NCBI GenBank assembly: GCA_963836235.1
Contig: CAWIIP010000001.1
Coordinates: 128,001 to 192,000, forward strand
DNA length: 64,000 nucleotides
Source of the DNA: an uncultured Pseudomonadota bacterium
GTDB lineage: Bacteria > Oederibacteriota > Muellerivitia > Muellerivitales > Muellerivitaceae
Reading direction: 5' to 3'
The notes below the pieces were generated by a model. That model saw only the letters and a program-made list of their open reading frames with translations. It did not search any database and was not told the DNA's origin. Position numbers and translations under genes: made by a program. Shown in pieces: positions 40,966 to 51,147 of the stretch (its first letter is position 1; each line of letters begins with the position of its first letter).

Positions 40966-41311
40966 ACGTAACAAATTCAAAAAATTATTTTCCAATACGA
41001 CCTCCAGGATATTGTTGGGGGTTTGGCTGATCGTTAAGGGATCTCGTTTTTCCATGAGGTCCATCGCGGAACTGATCTCCTTTCCCGAGGACGCTTTGGA
41101 GGCCAAACTTCAAACCTTCGCCGGAATGGGATTGGTCCACGTGACGTCCGGAACTGACGGAGAAAGACAAGTGGAGTTTTTGCCGGCGCCGACCCCGGAG
41201 ATTGAAAAAATTATTTGGGAGTTATTCGATGGACGAAAAAGTGATTTCGATTCCGTCGAACTCAAGATGCGTTCCTTGATTTATAAAAATTTATTGACGA
41301 TGCCCCTCTAA
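40946..41311 (+). CDS. Hypothetical protein, winged-HTH-like
   Basis: SMRSIAELISFPEDALEAKLQTFAGMGLV pattern; coupled between neighbouring genes. Confidence 0.55.
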   Translation: MSEIITERNKFKKLFSNTTSRILLGVWLIVKGSRFSMRSIAELISFPEDALEAKLQTFAGMGLVHVTSGTDGERQVEFLPAPTPEIEKIIWELFDGRKSDFDSVELKMRSLIYKNLLTMPL

Positions 41312-41312
41312 T

Positions 41313-42971
41313 ATGGTGAATCCGGATATTTTCGATTTGACCCGGGAACTGATTTCGGAAATCAAGTCAGCGATTGTTCCTTACGGTTTTGATGAAATTC
41401 CTGTCCTTTTGGAAAGCCCGAAAGATAAATCCCATGGTGATTTTTCCACTCCGGTAGCGATGTTTTTGGCTAAAAAACTAAAAAAATCACCCTTAAGTTT
41501 GGCTCAGGAAATAGTGCAAAGCCTCAAAACGGATGAGAAGTTCGTGGCCGAAAAAAAGGCCGTCGCCCCAGGTTTCATTAACTTTAAGTTGAATCCCCTC
41601 TTTTTTTATTCGGTTTTGGAGTCCTGTATTGAACAAGGAAACCAATATGGTAAAAATAGTGAACTAAGGGACCGGAAAATCCTGCTGGAGTTCGTGAGCG
41701 CCAACCCAACCGGGCCCCTCAATGTGGTCAACGCCCGGGCCGCCGTATTGGGTGATTCCATCGTGAACCTAATCCGATTTTCCGGCGGCTCGGTGAATAA
41801 GGAATATTACATCAACGATGCGGGCAATCAGGCCCGACTTTTTGGCGAATCCCTCAAGGCGGCCATTGACCGCGTCCAAGGAAAGTTCACGGAAGCTCCC
41901 GAAGGGGGATATCAAGGGGCCTATATGGAGGATCTGGCCAAGGAATACATCTCGGCGGAGGGTGAGAACACCGACTTCAACATTTCTAGCGATAAATTGG
42001 GCGAGTGGGGAATGGACCGGGTCGTCCAATGGCAAAAGGAATCCCTACAGCGCTACGGAGTGGTATTCGACCAGTGGTTTTCCGAGCGGCGTCTTTTGCA
42101 CGACTCCGGATTGGTACGGGAGACCCTGGAAAAACTAAAGCAGATGGGGTTGACGTACGAAAAGGACGGAGCCACCTGGATCAAAACATCTGAGTATGGG
42201 GCTCCTAAAGACGAGGTCTTGGTCAAGAGCAACGGCATTCCGGCTTATATTACTGCTGATATTGCCTATCATCTTCATAAGCTTAAACGGGGGCACGCCC
42301 GGATTATCAATATCATGGGCCCGGACCATCACGGCCACATTCTCAGCATGAAGGCGGCCCACCAGGCCCTGGGATTCGCGCCGGAGATGTTCGAGGTTCT
42401 CGTCGCACAACACGTGAGCCTTCTTTCGGGCGGCGAAAAAGTCAAGATGTCAAAAAGGGAAGGCAAATTTGTCACCATGGAGGAACTGTTGGAACAGGTG
42501 GGACGCGACGCCGCACGCTTTTTTTTCGTTATGCGGGGGGCAAATAGCCACTTGGATTTTGACCTGGAAGTGGCCAAGAAACACACGGAAGAAAACCCAG
42601 TTTTCTATATTCAATATGCCCATGCGCGGATTTGCAGCCTTTTGAAAAAATGCGCAGAAAAAGAACTCCAGCCCTCTAATTCGAGTGAGGAATTGGCGAC
42701 ACTTACCGAACCGGAAGCTCTTTTGCTCTTAAAAGAGATCATGGAGTACCCACAATGGATAGTGGAAAGCGGCAAGGCCTATGAACCCCACCGAATAGTT
42801 TTTTTTTTACAGACATTGGCGGCTGATTTTCATCTTTTCTACACCAAACATCGGATTCTCGACGCCCCGAAAGAAAAAGCCCGGGCCCGCTTGTCGCTGG
42901 CCTTAGGAGTAAAAACGGTTCTTCAAAACGCGCTATCACTTCTTGGCGTTTCGGCGCCTGAACAAATGTAA
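41313..42971 (+). CDS. argS: Arginine--tRNA ligase
   Basis: EFVSANPTGPL, EYYINDAGNQ, ADIAYH, KMSKREG, ENPVFYIQYAHARICS, APEQM. Confidence 0.97.
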   Translation: MVNPDIFDLTRELISEIKSAIVPYGFDEIPVLLESPKDKSHGDFSTPVAMFLAKKLKKSPLSLAQEIVQSLKTDEKFVAEKKAVAPGFINFKLNPLFFYSVLESCIEQGNQYGKNSELRDRKILLEFVSANPTGPLNVVNARAAVLGDSIVNLIRFSGGSVNKEYYINDAGNQARLFGESLKAAIDRVQGKFTEAPEGGYQGAYMEDLAKEYISAEGENTDFNISSDKLGEWGMDRVVQWQKESLQRYGVVFDQWFSERRLLHDSGLVRETLEKLKQMGLTYEKDGATWIKTSEYGAPKDEVLVKSNGIPAYITADIAYHLHKLKRGHARIINIMGPDHHGHILSMKAAHQALGFAPEMFEVLVAQHVSLLSGGEKVKMSKREGKFVTMEELLEQVGRDAARFFFVMRGANSHLDFDLEVAKKHTEENPVFYIQYAHARICSLLKKCAEKELQPSNSSEELATLTEPEALLLLKEIMEYPQWIVESGKAYEPHRIVFFLQTLAADFHLFYTKHRILDAPKEKARARLSLALGVKTVLQNALSLLGVSAPEQM

Positions 42972-42982
42972 TCGAGGTTTCC

Positions 42983-43696
42983 TTGAAATTCTTATTTTTG
43001 CTTTTTTTTATCGTTACTTTTGGGTTGATGGGTTGTTCCGGTCCCAAGCCCGTTGCGCCGGTTGACGACTCGCTGGTGAAAAAACTTCGGGCAGAACTAA
43101 CCTCGGGTGACTACGACAACGCCGTCAAAGACTCAAAGGAGATCAACAGCCAGGTTCCGCCGGGGCCTTTTGTTGAGGAATCGCTTTACCTTCACGGCTA
43201 CGCTCTCGCTTTCGGCAGGTCGGATTTTCAAAGCGCGCGTTCTTCCCTGAAACAACTTTTGGATATGTACCCGACAGGCCGATTCTGTGTCGAGACCCGA
43301 AGGCTTTTGGCGGACTGCCAATATTGGCAGGGACATTACCAAACCGCCACGAAAGAGTATCAGAAATTACTCGCGGATTATCCGGGGAGGGGATATGACA
43401 GTTATGCTCTGCTTCAGATCGGTAATTGCCTTCTTTTAGACGACAAAGTAGGCGATGCCTTGGCGGATTATCAGGATGTTGTTTCAAAATTTCCGACGGA
43501 TCCGATGGCGGATTCGGCCCAGTTTATGGTCGCGAATTCTTACCTCAAACTCCAAAACTTTAAACAGGCGAAAAAAGAGCTTCAAAAACTTGTCGCGATT
43601 ACCCATGATAAGGATGTTCAAACGGAGGCCCAAAAGGCCATTCGACAGTTGGAAGACGATGATTCTTTCAAGCCTGGGGTGAGCGACACGGAATGA
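42983..43696 (+). CDS. TPR lipoprotein (BamD/CpoB-like)
   Basis: Lipobox LMGC; TPR units ending YP/FP. Confidence 0.78.
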   Translation: MKFLFLLFFIVTFGLMGCSGPKPVAPVDDSLVKKLRAELTSGDYDNAVKDSKEINSQVPPGPFVEESLYLHGYALAFGRSDFQSARSSLKQLLDMYPTGRFCVETRRLLADCQYWQGHYQTATKEYQKLLADYPGRGYDSYALLQIGNCLLLDDKVGDALADYQDVVSKFPTDPMADSAQFMVANSYLKLQNFKQAKKELQKLVAITHDKDVQTEAQKAIRQLEDDDSFKPGVSDTE

Positions 43697-44562
43697 ACGC
43701 GTTATCTTTTAGGACTTTCTTAGGCCTAATGTTCGGCGCCCTCTTCTTCGGGAGCCTCAGCTATTTGACGGTTCTTCAATTTATTATCAGGGTCATCCCG
43801 AAACTTCGACAAAAGTCCTCGGGACTGGGAATATTCGATTCACCTCAAAAGCTGACCTCGGCCCAAAAAACAATGCTGACGGGCGTGGTGGTGGGATTAT
43901 TTGTCATGGTTTTGGATGATTTTTCGACGGGCCTTTTGTTTATAACGGTGGCTGTTCTTTTGGGTTATGGCCTTGAAAAAATACCCGGGCTCGTTCAAAA
44001 GCGTCGAGTGAGAAAACGGCAGGCTCAATTAGTGGAGATCTTTCCCCAAGCCTTGGGCATGTCGATTCAAGCCCTCAAAACAGGACAGACCGTCCCGCAA
44101 GTGCTGGTTTACTTATCCCGGGAAGCGCCCTCACCTTTGAAAGGGGAACTATCACAAGTTTGTGCAGAAATGGAGATGGGATCTTCCGCAGAACAAGCCC
44201 TTTCGAAAATGGCGGAGCGATTTCCTGACTTTTCAGAGTTTCACCAATTTTTTGAGTCCTACAAGATTTCCCGACAGACGGGAGCGAATCTTACCCACTT
44301 GTTGGAGGTTTTGCTGGAGGGTATGGAAGAGAAGAGCCGCATTCTGAGAAAAATGGAAGCTATGACCGCCCAAGCCCGTCTTTCGGGTTTACTCATGGGA
44401 ATTCTTCCCTTCTTGTTGGGAGTGGTGTTTTTTTTGATGGATCCAAACCTGATGACACCGCTTTTCACGGAAAAGGCCGGATGGGCCATTTTATTTTTGG
44501 CCGCGATTCTTGAGGCCATCGGTTTTCTTTGGATTAGGCAACTTCTCCAGGTGGAATTTTAA
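43693..44562 (+). CDS. tadB: Type II secretion F-family protein, TadB-like
   Basis: FPQAL...ALKTG...PSPL..E...TGANL...AMTAQARLS. Confidence 0.85.
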   Translation: MNALSFRTFLGLMFGALFFGSLSYLTVLQFIIRVIPKLRQKSSGLGIFDSPQKLTSAQKTMLTGVVVGLFVMVLDDFSTGLLFITVAVLLGYGLEKIPGLVQKRRVRKRQAQLVEIFPQALGMSIQALKTGQTVPQVLVYLSREAPSPLKGELSQVCAEMEMGSSAEQALSKMAERFPDFSEFHQFFESYKISRQTGANLTHLLEVLLEGMEEKSRILRKMEAMTAQARLSGLLMGILPFLLGVVFFLMDPNLMTPLFTEKAGWAILFLAAILEAIGFLWIRQLLQVEF

Positions 44563-45434
44563 TGATGGCTTATTTTTTGCTTGGCCTGTTCTCCCTTGCT
44601 TTGGGATGGTTTGTGCGGGATATGGCTTTGCTTGCTTTGCTCCGCTTCTCAAGGTATCAACAAACCGTCAGGCTCGAAAACCTTGTGGGACAGTCCCGCA
44701 AATCCGTTCCTTTCCAAACGGTCATCGCTTTTTTGGAAAATAACTTGGAGATTCTTTCTGAGTTCAAGATGTTTGAAAAATATTTCAAGTATGTCTCGCG
44801 CCAACTCCAGAGGATGAACCGGCCCGATTTAAAGCCTGTTCAGATATTGGGATACCAAATACTCGCCTCCGTTTTTGCATTTCTTCTTTTTCAACTTTTA
44901 TCTGGCAGCGTGGAGTTGGCGTTCCTCAGCTTTTTGTCCGGCGTGGGACTTCCTCTCCTCTGGATAAGAGATCAAGTGACTCGCCGGGAAAAAGGGCTGC
45001 TGCGCGACTTACCCAACGCGTTGGAAATCCTTTCGCTTTGCTCGGAAGCTGGACTTTCATTGGAACAAGCTTTGGACCAATATTTAAAAAATGCCAAAAA
45101 GGGAGCTTTGCGGGAAGAATTGGGAGGGATTTTGGAACAGACCCGGACCGGGTCCAACCGGAAAGACGCTTTTGAGTCCGTCAGCTCCCGGCTGGATTTG
45201 ACGGATTTTTCCTTGTTCACCACGAGCCTCATTCAAGCGGAACGATTTGGCACGGGGATCGCTAAAACCCTGCGACAATTGTCGATCACGATCAGGGAAA
45301 AACAATCCCAAAGGGCTGAAAAAGCCGTCCAGGAACTCCCGGTGAAAATGCTCTTACCGCTCATTCTTTTCATCATGCCGGTTACTTTCCTCATCATTTT
45401 CGGTCCAATCGTTCTGCAGTTTTTAAATCCTTAA
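44562..45434 (+). CDS. tadC: Type II secretion F-family protein, TadC-like
   Basis: DLPNALEIL..CSEAGLSLEQAL, QAERFGT, AEKA..LPVKMLLPLILFIMP. Confidence 0.87.
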   Translation: MMAYFLLGLFSLALGWFVRDMALLALLRFSRYQQTVRLENLVGQSRKSVPFQTVIAFLENNLEILSEFKMFEKYFKYVSRQLQRMNRPDLKPVQILGYQILASVFAFLLFQLLSGSVELAFLSFLSGVGLPLLWIRDQVTRREKGLLRDLPNALEILSLCSEAGLSLEQALDQYLKNAKKGALREELGGILEQTRTGSNRKDAFESVSSRLDLTDFSLFTTSLIQAERFGTGIAKTLRQLSITIREKQSQRAEKAVQELPVKMLLPLILFIMPVTFLIIFGPIVLQFLNP

Positions 45435-45562
45435 TTACCTTTGAAGTTCCAAACTCGCCCAGAAATCAAACGTCATTGGGTTCGTAAAGTTATTGCGGTC
45501 CGATTCTCCTTTTTTGGGATATCTTGGCTGTTTGGCGGCAAAAGATTCGATAAAGGTCCTTA

Positions 45563-45889
45563 ATGGTTCACGAAATTGGGAACATTTTAGAAGCGAGAAG
45601 GTTCCATGAAAGGCTTTTGGGGCTCATGGGGCGGAGAAACTGGCCTTCCTCTCACAGGGGGATTTGGTTTCCCCAATGCCGTTCCGTTCATACTTTTTTT
45701 ACTTTTTTAAAACCCGACCTGCTTTTTATGGACAGAAACCTCAATATTCTTGAAATCTTCCCCTCGGCAGGTGTTTGGAGAGTTTTTGTGGGACCGAAAG
45801 GCACTACCCATTGCCTGGAAATGCCATCCGGTTACGTACAGTCCAACCAATTAAAGGTTGGAGATCAGATTCATTTTAAAACTATTTAA
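45563..45889 (+). CDS. DUF192-family protein
   Basis: ERLLGLMGR, CRSVHTFF, LEMPSG..LKVGD; typical tad neighbour. Confidence 0.8.
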   Translation: MVHEIGNILEARRFHERLLGLMGRRNWPSSHRGIWFPQCRSVHTFFTFLKPDLLFMDRNLNILEIFPSAGVWRVFVGPKGTTHCLEMPSGYVQSNQLKVGDQIHFKTI

Positions 45890-46333
45890 CCAGTGTAGGC
45901 CCCACATATACTTTAACCTTCACTCCAACGAATTCGGCGACTACTTCATTTAGATTAACCCCTATTCATTTTCACTGCTTCAAATCTTCTGACTCGTTTC
46001 TGCCTTTAACACTGTAGTTGGTCATCAAGCGAAACCGGAACGAAAAACGCGGGGGTAAAAGCGGTACAATAAGCGTTGCTATTTCGGCCACAGTATTGCG
46101 ACAAGGTAACGCAAGTTATTCGGAAAACTTTAAAGATTATTTAAGGATGAGGATTTGGCTGATGATTAGGAGTTTAATTTACCGAGATATCTCCAGAAAT
46201 GTTTTCGAATTATTTCTGGATTTTTCTTAATCGGTTTTTTTAAAAAAGCACAAAATAAGGTAAATCGGAATTACCATGACCCATTCGGGAGATAGCTTAT
46301 GAAAAGGGAAGAGACAAGGAAGGCCCGCGCTTT

Positions 46334-46948
46334 ATGGGGAAAGACTCATTGAAGCGAAAAACAACCCAGGTAAAATCGAAGCCCCGAGCCGCGGACGGTA
46401 AGAAACATCCATCGGGTCATCTTCGAAAGACTGTCGGCCTTGACCTCAAGGCGATCTGCTCCATCGATCATGAATGCGTGGGATGTTCGGATGTTATGAA
46501 ATCTTGTTGCGCGAAATATGACGTTTGCGTTGATGAAGCGACGGTCCAAGGGATCATCCCCTTTCTGCCGGAAGCCTCTGAGTTCTGTCCCCACCTTAAA
46601 ACCTTGGATGGGTATGACAATGTTTTTGAGGAAGGGGAGAAGGGCCAATACTCGATTGAAACGCACGAAAACGACCTCTGCGTTTTCGCTTACACCGCCC
46701 CGAATGGATTGATCCGCTGTTCATTGCATAGCATCGAGATCAACCACGGATTGGCGCCCGGAAGCGTGAAGCCGGCCGTCTGCATGCTTTTTCCGCTTAC
46801 TTTTTCGGAAGATGGCCATACTTTAACCCTTCATGACGGAGCCCTTTCCTGCGACTGCAGTTCACTCCGGGAAAGACCTTCCCGCCTCGTCTCTCCGGCA
46901 TTGGCAGAAACCATCCGGCAATTCGGCGGGGAGATTTCAGCGCCGTAA
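46334..46948 (+). CDS. Cys-rich DUF3109/YkgJ-like (putative Fe-S or Zn cluster) protein
   Basis: C..C....SCC, CVF...CSLH...KPAVCMLFPL. Confidence 0.7.
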   Translation: MGKDSLKRKTTQVKSKPRAADGKKHPSGHLRKTVGLDLKAICSIDHECVGCSDVMKSCCAKYDVCVDEATVQGIIPFLPEASEFCPHLKTLDGYDNVFEEGEKGQYSIETHENDLCVFAYTAPNGLIRCSLHSIEINHGLAPGSVKPAVCMLFPLTFSEDGHTLTLHDGALSCDCSSLRERPSRLVSPALAETIRQFGGEISAP

Positions 46949-47060
46949 GTCTGAAAGGCTTGCTTCTCAATGGGGTGGTGGGGTGAAAGTGGTGTACAAT
47001 TTGGACCCCAAAAGGGATGGAGGGGCATAAAGGCCCTTCGCAAATCGAGGAGGAAGAAAA

Positions 47061-47309
47061 TTGAGCATCAATGATAGGGCCGTTAATTCAAAAGCCGATT
47101 TTATCGACTTTTTGAAAGAGCTGTCCAAAAACCATAAAAATTTTCCTGATGAATGGAAGACAAAAAAATTGGGGGCTTTTTTTGAGGCGATGGCTGGGTG
47201 GGTAGGAGAGATGGAAAGCTATCATCAAGATAACCATCTGAAAGAACCGGCGGATATTAACTGGAGTTTCATGGCCAATATGCTTTTGGCCGCCAAAATA
47301 TACGAATAA
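47061..47309 (+). CDS. Small conserved protein (DUF7660-like)
   Basis: SKADFIDFL...EW....L..FFEAMAGW...WSFMANMLLAAKIYE; strong GAGGAGG RBS. Confidence 0.65.
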   Translation: MSINDRAVNSKADFIDFLKELSKNHKNFPDEWKTKKLGAFFEAMAGWVGEMESYHQDNHLKEPADINWSFMANMLLAAKIYE

Positions 47310-47396
47310 CGACATATCCGAATCTGGGTGCTGAATAAGGCCGGCGGCACGCAAGGCTCCGACCCGGGTGAAAGCCGCGGGAATAAAGGGATAAAG

Positions 47397-47681
47397 ATGA
47401 AGATTAAAAATATTAATGGAACACCGGATATGGCTTGTAAGTGTGACAGCTGGTTGGATCATTGGGACCGGTTCAGCGACCAATCACCCACCTATTGCCC
47501 CGTCGAAGAATGCATGAGTCATATCGAAATCGGCGCCCGGGTCCAGAAAGAGAGCCCCGCTGACGATAGTTGGTATATTGTCCCGCTTTGCCAAAAACAC
47601 AACGCGAGGACGGGGGAATCCCTCCTTGTGAATGATAATGTTAAAATGGTTTCGACCAATGGCAAGGAAACCTGCGGTTGA
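47397..47681 (+). CDS. Small Cys/His-rich protein, HNH-like zinc finger
   Basis: CKC.SWLDHW...CPVEEC...GARV...YIVPLCQKHN. Confidence 0.6.
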   Translation: MKIKNINGTPDMACKCDSWLDHWDRFSDQSPTYCPVEECMSHIEIGARVQKESPADDSWYIVPLCQKHNARTGESLLVNDNVKMVSTNGKETCG

Positions 47682-47861
47682 CCGGCTAACGGCTTGGTTC
47701 GTTATACACTTTCGCTGAAGTAGTCCACGATGGATATTCTTTTTTAGGTTTTGGCGATCCAAGGCTTGATTTCCACTTGCCCATGACCAAAGATTAGCGT
47801 CGGTCCATCGGAGGAGGCGGGGCTGATGGTTATTGAAGAAGAAAAAGAATGTAAGTTGAAC

Positions 47862-48317
47862 TTACTCAAATCCATAGAAAGAATAAGGGATGCTTTTCGA
47901 ATCAATCACCGTGCTGTTCACGTAGACACTTCCCATCGTACTGTCATACATCCAGCCGCTATCCGATCCCGTTGGAACATTGCTCATAACGGTGTTGGTC
48001 ACTAAGTTTCCGGATGGACTGGCCGCATCTTCCACGAAAGCACCGGTTACCTTCACCGAGGGAATATCGTCTAAGTAACGACTGAAGGCGAAAACCGAGT
48101 CCGAATTTAGGGTTGTCGGCCATATCCCTTGGACATCGGCGTAATAAACGGAAGCGGCCGACTTAAGGCTGGATAGATTGCCTTTGGTGGATCCTTCCCG
48201 TGATTTTTCCAGCATCTGGGCGAATCGGGGAATCGCGATCGCGGCCAAAATCCCGATGATCGCGACCACGATCATCAGCTCAATCAATGTAAACCCATTT
48301 TTTTTCAACAGCTTCAT
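47862..48317 (-). CDS. Prepilin-type N-methylation domain protein (pilin/pseudopilin)
   Basis: KNG|FTLIELMIVVAIIGILAAIAIP. Confidence 0.93.
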   Translation of the reverse strand: MKLLKKNGFTLIELMIVVAIIGILAAIAIPRFAQMLEKSREGSTKGNLSSLKSAASVYYADVQGIWPTTLNSDSVFAFSRYLDDIPSVKVTGAFVEDAASPSGNLVTNTVMSNVPTGSDSGWMYDSTMGSVYVNSTVIDSKSIPYSFYGFE

Positions 48318-48567
48318 GAGATCCTTTTAATCACTCGGAGAATCGGTTTCGCCACAAATCGACCGATTAGAATATAGGTTATTGGTTTTCTTTGGACAAT
48401 CAAAACCACTTGAAATAGACGCCTTTTTAGATGTGATTTCCGACATAACCACATGAACAGGTCTTGGTCACCTTGTTTAAAGCCAAAGTGCACTTGTTAC
48501 TAAACAATTTTCTAAAGTCCCGATGTCGATTATGAAGAGTAAAAAAGAAACCAACTACAGGTTTAGT

Positions 48568-50007
48568 TCAAGAAGGCTGGAAGGCGGGAAAGAAAAGGGT
48601 GACGGTAGTTCCTTTGGTGGGTTCGCTTCGGATTTCCACGGTTCCGGCATGCAGGTCCATGATGCTTTTCACGATGGAAAGCCCCAATCCGGCACCTCCT
48701 GAAGCGGGAGAGCGCGAGAAGTCTACCCGGTAAAAGCGGTCAAAGACCCGGGAAATCTGCTCCGGAGGGATGCCTGTTCCCGTGTCGGAAACTTCCACGC
48801 GAATTTTCCCGTCGCCAGTGGAAGTTTTTAAAAGAACTATCCCGCCGGCGGGGGTGTGTTTCAGGGCGTTTTCGACAAGGTTCCCCACGGCTCTTTGAAA
48901 TAGGGAACGATCCAGGTTCGCCCGCAAGCCTTCCGGGGCTTCCACCCGCAAAGCGATACCCGATTCACCCGCCGACAGGCCGTAAAAATCTTGGAGAAGC
49001 CACAGTTCCTTTTTTAAATCCAATTCTTCCCGCTGGATTTGGGTTTGGGGATTCTCCGCCCGCGCGAGAAAAAGGAGGCGGTCAATGAGGTTGGAAAGCC
49101 GATGGTATTCCTCAAGTGAAGAGCCCAGGATTTCACGGTACTCACCCGGATTACGCTCCTTACTTAAAGACACTTCCGCTTCCCCGCGGAGGTTCTGGAG
49201 GGGGGTTCGGAGTTCGTGGGCGATATCGGAGCTGAAACGGGAAAGGCGAATAAAGGAATCCTCCAGGCGGTCCAACATGCCATTGAAAGTCGTGGCTAAA
49301 TCGGAAAGCTCGGAAGGAAGACCAGACCGTTCCAGGCGCTCATTCAGGGTGCTGGGACTGATCCGGGCGGCGGTTTCCGCCATTTTCCGCACTGGGCGGA
49401 TTCCCCGATGGGCGATCCAATAACCCGCCAGGGCGCAAGCCAGGAGGGAAAAACCCAGCGCGAGAAAGAGCTTCGCCCTGAATTTTTCCAGGATGGCCTC
49501 GTCCGAACCCAGGTCGATGGCCATCTGGATCGTCACGTCAGGGGGGGCATGTCCCATCCAAAGGCCCTGGGTCGAGGAAATCCGAAAGGTCCGGCCTTGC
49601 TGGGAATGAATTTTTAAATTCCGACCGTTCGGGTATCCTTCTTTAAACAATGGGAGGGGCAAGGATTGGGACATTCCGGGGGTCTCCGTCAATAGCCGGC
49701 CTTGGCTGTCCAATATCCTTGTCCAAAAGGAAGTGTTCCGGTACCAGACCGGCAGTTCGCCGACGAATTCCCGGAGGTCATCCAGATCCACCGTTGGATC
49801 CTTCATCCTCACGCTCAAATTTTGAAGTTTTTGGGAAAGCAGGACGTCACCCTCATGGTCAAGGCCGTCGGAAAGGGCGCGGTAGAGGAAAGCCGAAGCC
49901 ATCAAGACCAGCGCGAAGGCTGAAAGGGCGTACCAAACTGTCATGCGGGCGGCCAGGGAATCGGGCCACTGGAACCCTATTTTTTTATCCGCGCTCTTCA
50001 AGGACAT
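48568..50007 (-). CDS. Heavy-metal sensor histidine kinase (CusS/CzcS-like)
   Basis: Two TMs, HAMP, FSSDIAHELRTPL, NLVENALKH, DTGTGI, FDRFYRVD, GLGLSIV. Confidence 0.92.
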   Translation of the reverse strand: MSLKSADKKIGFQWPDSLAARMTVWYALSAFALVLMASAFLYRALSDGLDHEGDVLLSQKLQNLSVRMKDPTVDLDDLREFVGELPVWYRNTSFWTRILDSQGRLLTETPGMSQSLPLPLFKEGYPNGRNLKIHSQQGRTFRISSTQGLWMGHAPPDVTIQMAIDLGSDEAILEKFRAKLFLALGFSLLACALAGYWIAHRGIRPVRKMAETAARISPSTLNERLERSGLPSELSDLATTFNGMLDRLEDSFIRLSRFSSDIAHELRTPLQNLRGEAEVSLSKERNPGEYREILGSSLEEYHRLSNLIDRLLFLARAENPQTQIQREELDLKKELWLLQDFYGLSAGESGIALRVEAPEGLRANLDRSLFQRAVGNLVENALKHTPAGGIVLLKTSTGDGKIRVEVSDTGTGIPPEQISRVFDRFYRVDFSRSPASGGAGLGLSIVKSIMDLHAGTVEIRSEPTKGTTVTLFFPAFQPS

Positions 50008-50659
50008 AACCCACCCCCCGCACGGTATGAATCAGCTTCCGGGTGAAGGGGTCATCCACTTTGGAACGGAGCCGACGGACATGGACGTCCACCACGTTGG
50101 TGTCGCTGTCGAAATTCATGTCCCATACTTGTTCGGCGAGTAAGGCGCGGGATAAAACGTCGCCGGTCCGGGAAGCGAGAAGGAGAAGGAGAGCGAATTC
50201 CTTGGGGGTGAGGTCGAGCCGCCGACCGGACCGCTGGGTTTTATGGCGGATGGGGTCAATCTCAAGGTCGGCGATCCGCAGGACTTCTGGCGACCGGGCC
50301 GGGCCCCGCCGTAACAGGGTGTGCACCCTGGCCAAAAGTTCCGCGAAGGCGAAGGGCTTTACTAAGTAGTCGTCCGCGCCCGATTCCAGGCCCCGCACTC
50401 GATCCTCCACCGCGTCCCGGGCGGTCAAGAAAAGAATGGGAAACCGGTGGCCCGACCGGCGCAAATCCGCCAGGATGGACCAGCCGTCCTTGCCGGGGAG
50501 CATGACGTCCAGTATGAGCAGGTCGCAGGCGCCCACGCGGGCCAGGTGGAAACCTTCCTCGCCGCTCCCGGCGCCATTGACCGTGTAGCCGTTCTCGACC
50601 AGACCTTTGGCCAAATAGGCCATGGTTTTCGGCTCGTCCTCAATGATCAAAATCTTCAT
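49985..50659 (-). CDS. Heavy-metal response regulator (CusR/CzcR-like)
   Basis: LDVMLPGKDGW, FLTARDAVEDRVRGL, VWDMNFDSDTNVVDVHVRRLRSKVDDPF. Confidence 0.93.
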   Translation of the reverse strand: MKILIIEDEPKTMAYLAKGLVENGYTVNGAGSGEEGFHLARVGACDLLILDVMLPGKDGWSILADLRRSGHRFPILFLTARDAVEDRVRGLESGADDYLVKPFAFAELLARVHTLLRRGPARSPEVLRIADLEIDPIRHKTQRSGRRLDLTPKEFALLLLLASRTGDVLSRALLAEQVWDMNFDSDTNVVDVHVRRLRSKVDDPFTRKLIHTVRGVGYVLEERG

Positions 50660-50971
50660 GAGACTATGTAATTTCAAATGAGCGGAATATCAAGCACAAT
50701 TCGAATGAGGAATCAAAATTAATCTTTCAAGAGGCGAAAGGGTGCGGCTTTCAATCAAAGGATATAGGCCCACCGGCCCGACGGATGGAGAATCCACGAA
50801 AAGGGTTCTCCGCCGAAACTCTTTCCCGAAAAATAATAAAGCCGGGACTCCGTCCGGAAAATATGTAAGCCGGTAAAATTTCCGAGGGTAAACGCTATTG
50901 TCCAAAAAAACCTTGTCAGCGGTTAAAAATAAAATTTCATGGGTTGGGAAGTGTCATTGTAGTGACGGGAA

Positions 50972-50989
50972 GATGACGATTTCGTCATC
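50972..50989. promoter_or_regulatory. CusR/CopR-box-like operator
   Basis: Perfect 8-2-8 palindrome GATGACGA-TT-TCGTCATC in the divergent intergenic region; resembles the E. coli CusR box ATGACAA-NN-TTGTCAT. Confidence 0.72.
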
Positions 50990-51147
50990 GTATCGTTACG
51001 CCCATTTAATTTTTCCGAAACGTTCTGGGAATCGACAGCCTCTAAATTCTCCCCCGACTTAAGCCGGTCTCATCAACGCTCCCAGCGGATTTCCAGAAAT
51101 GGTATCTCATGGATCATTTTATTTTAGGGTTGAGAAAGGAAGTGCTT

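Noticed and set aside
46192-46220. Inverted repeat TCCAGAAAT...ATTTCTGGA
   Set aside because: AT-rich context and no linked feature; may be chance or a weak terminator.
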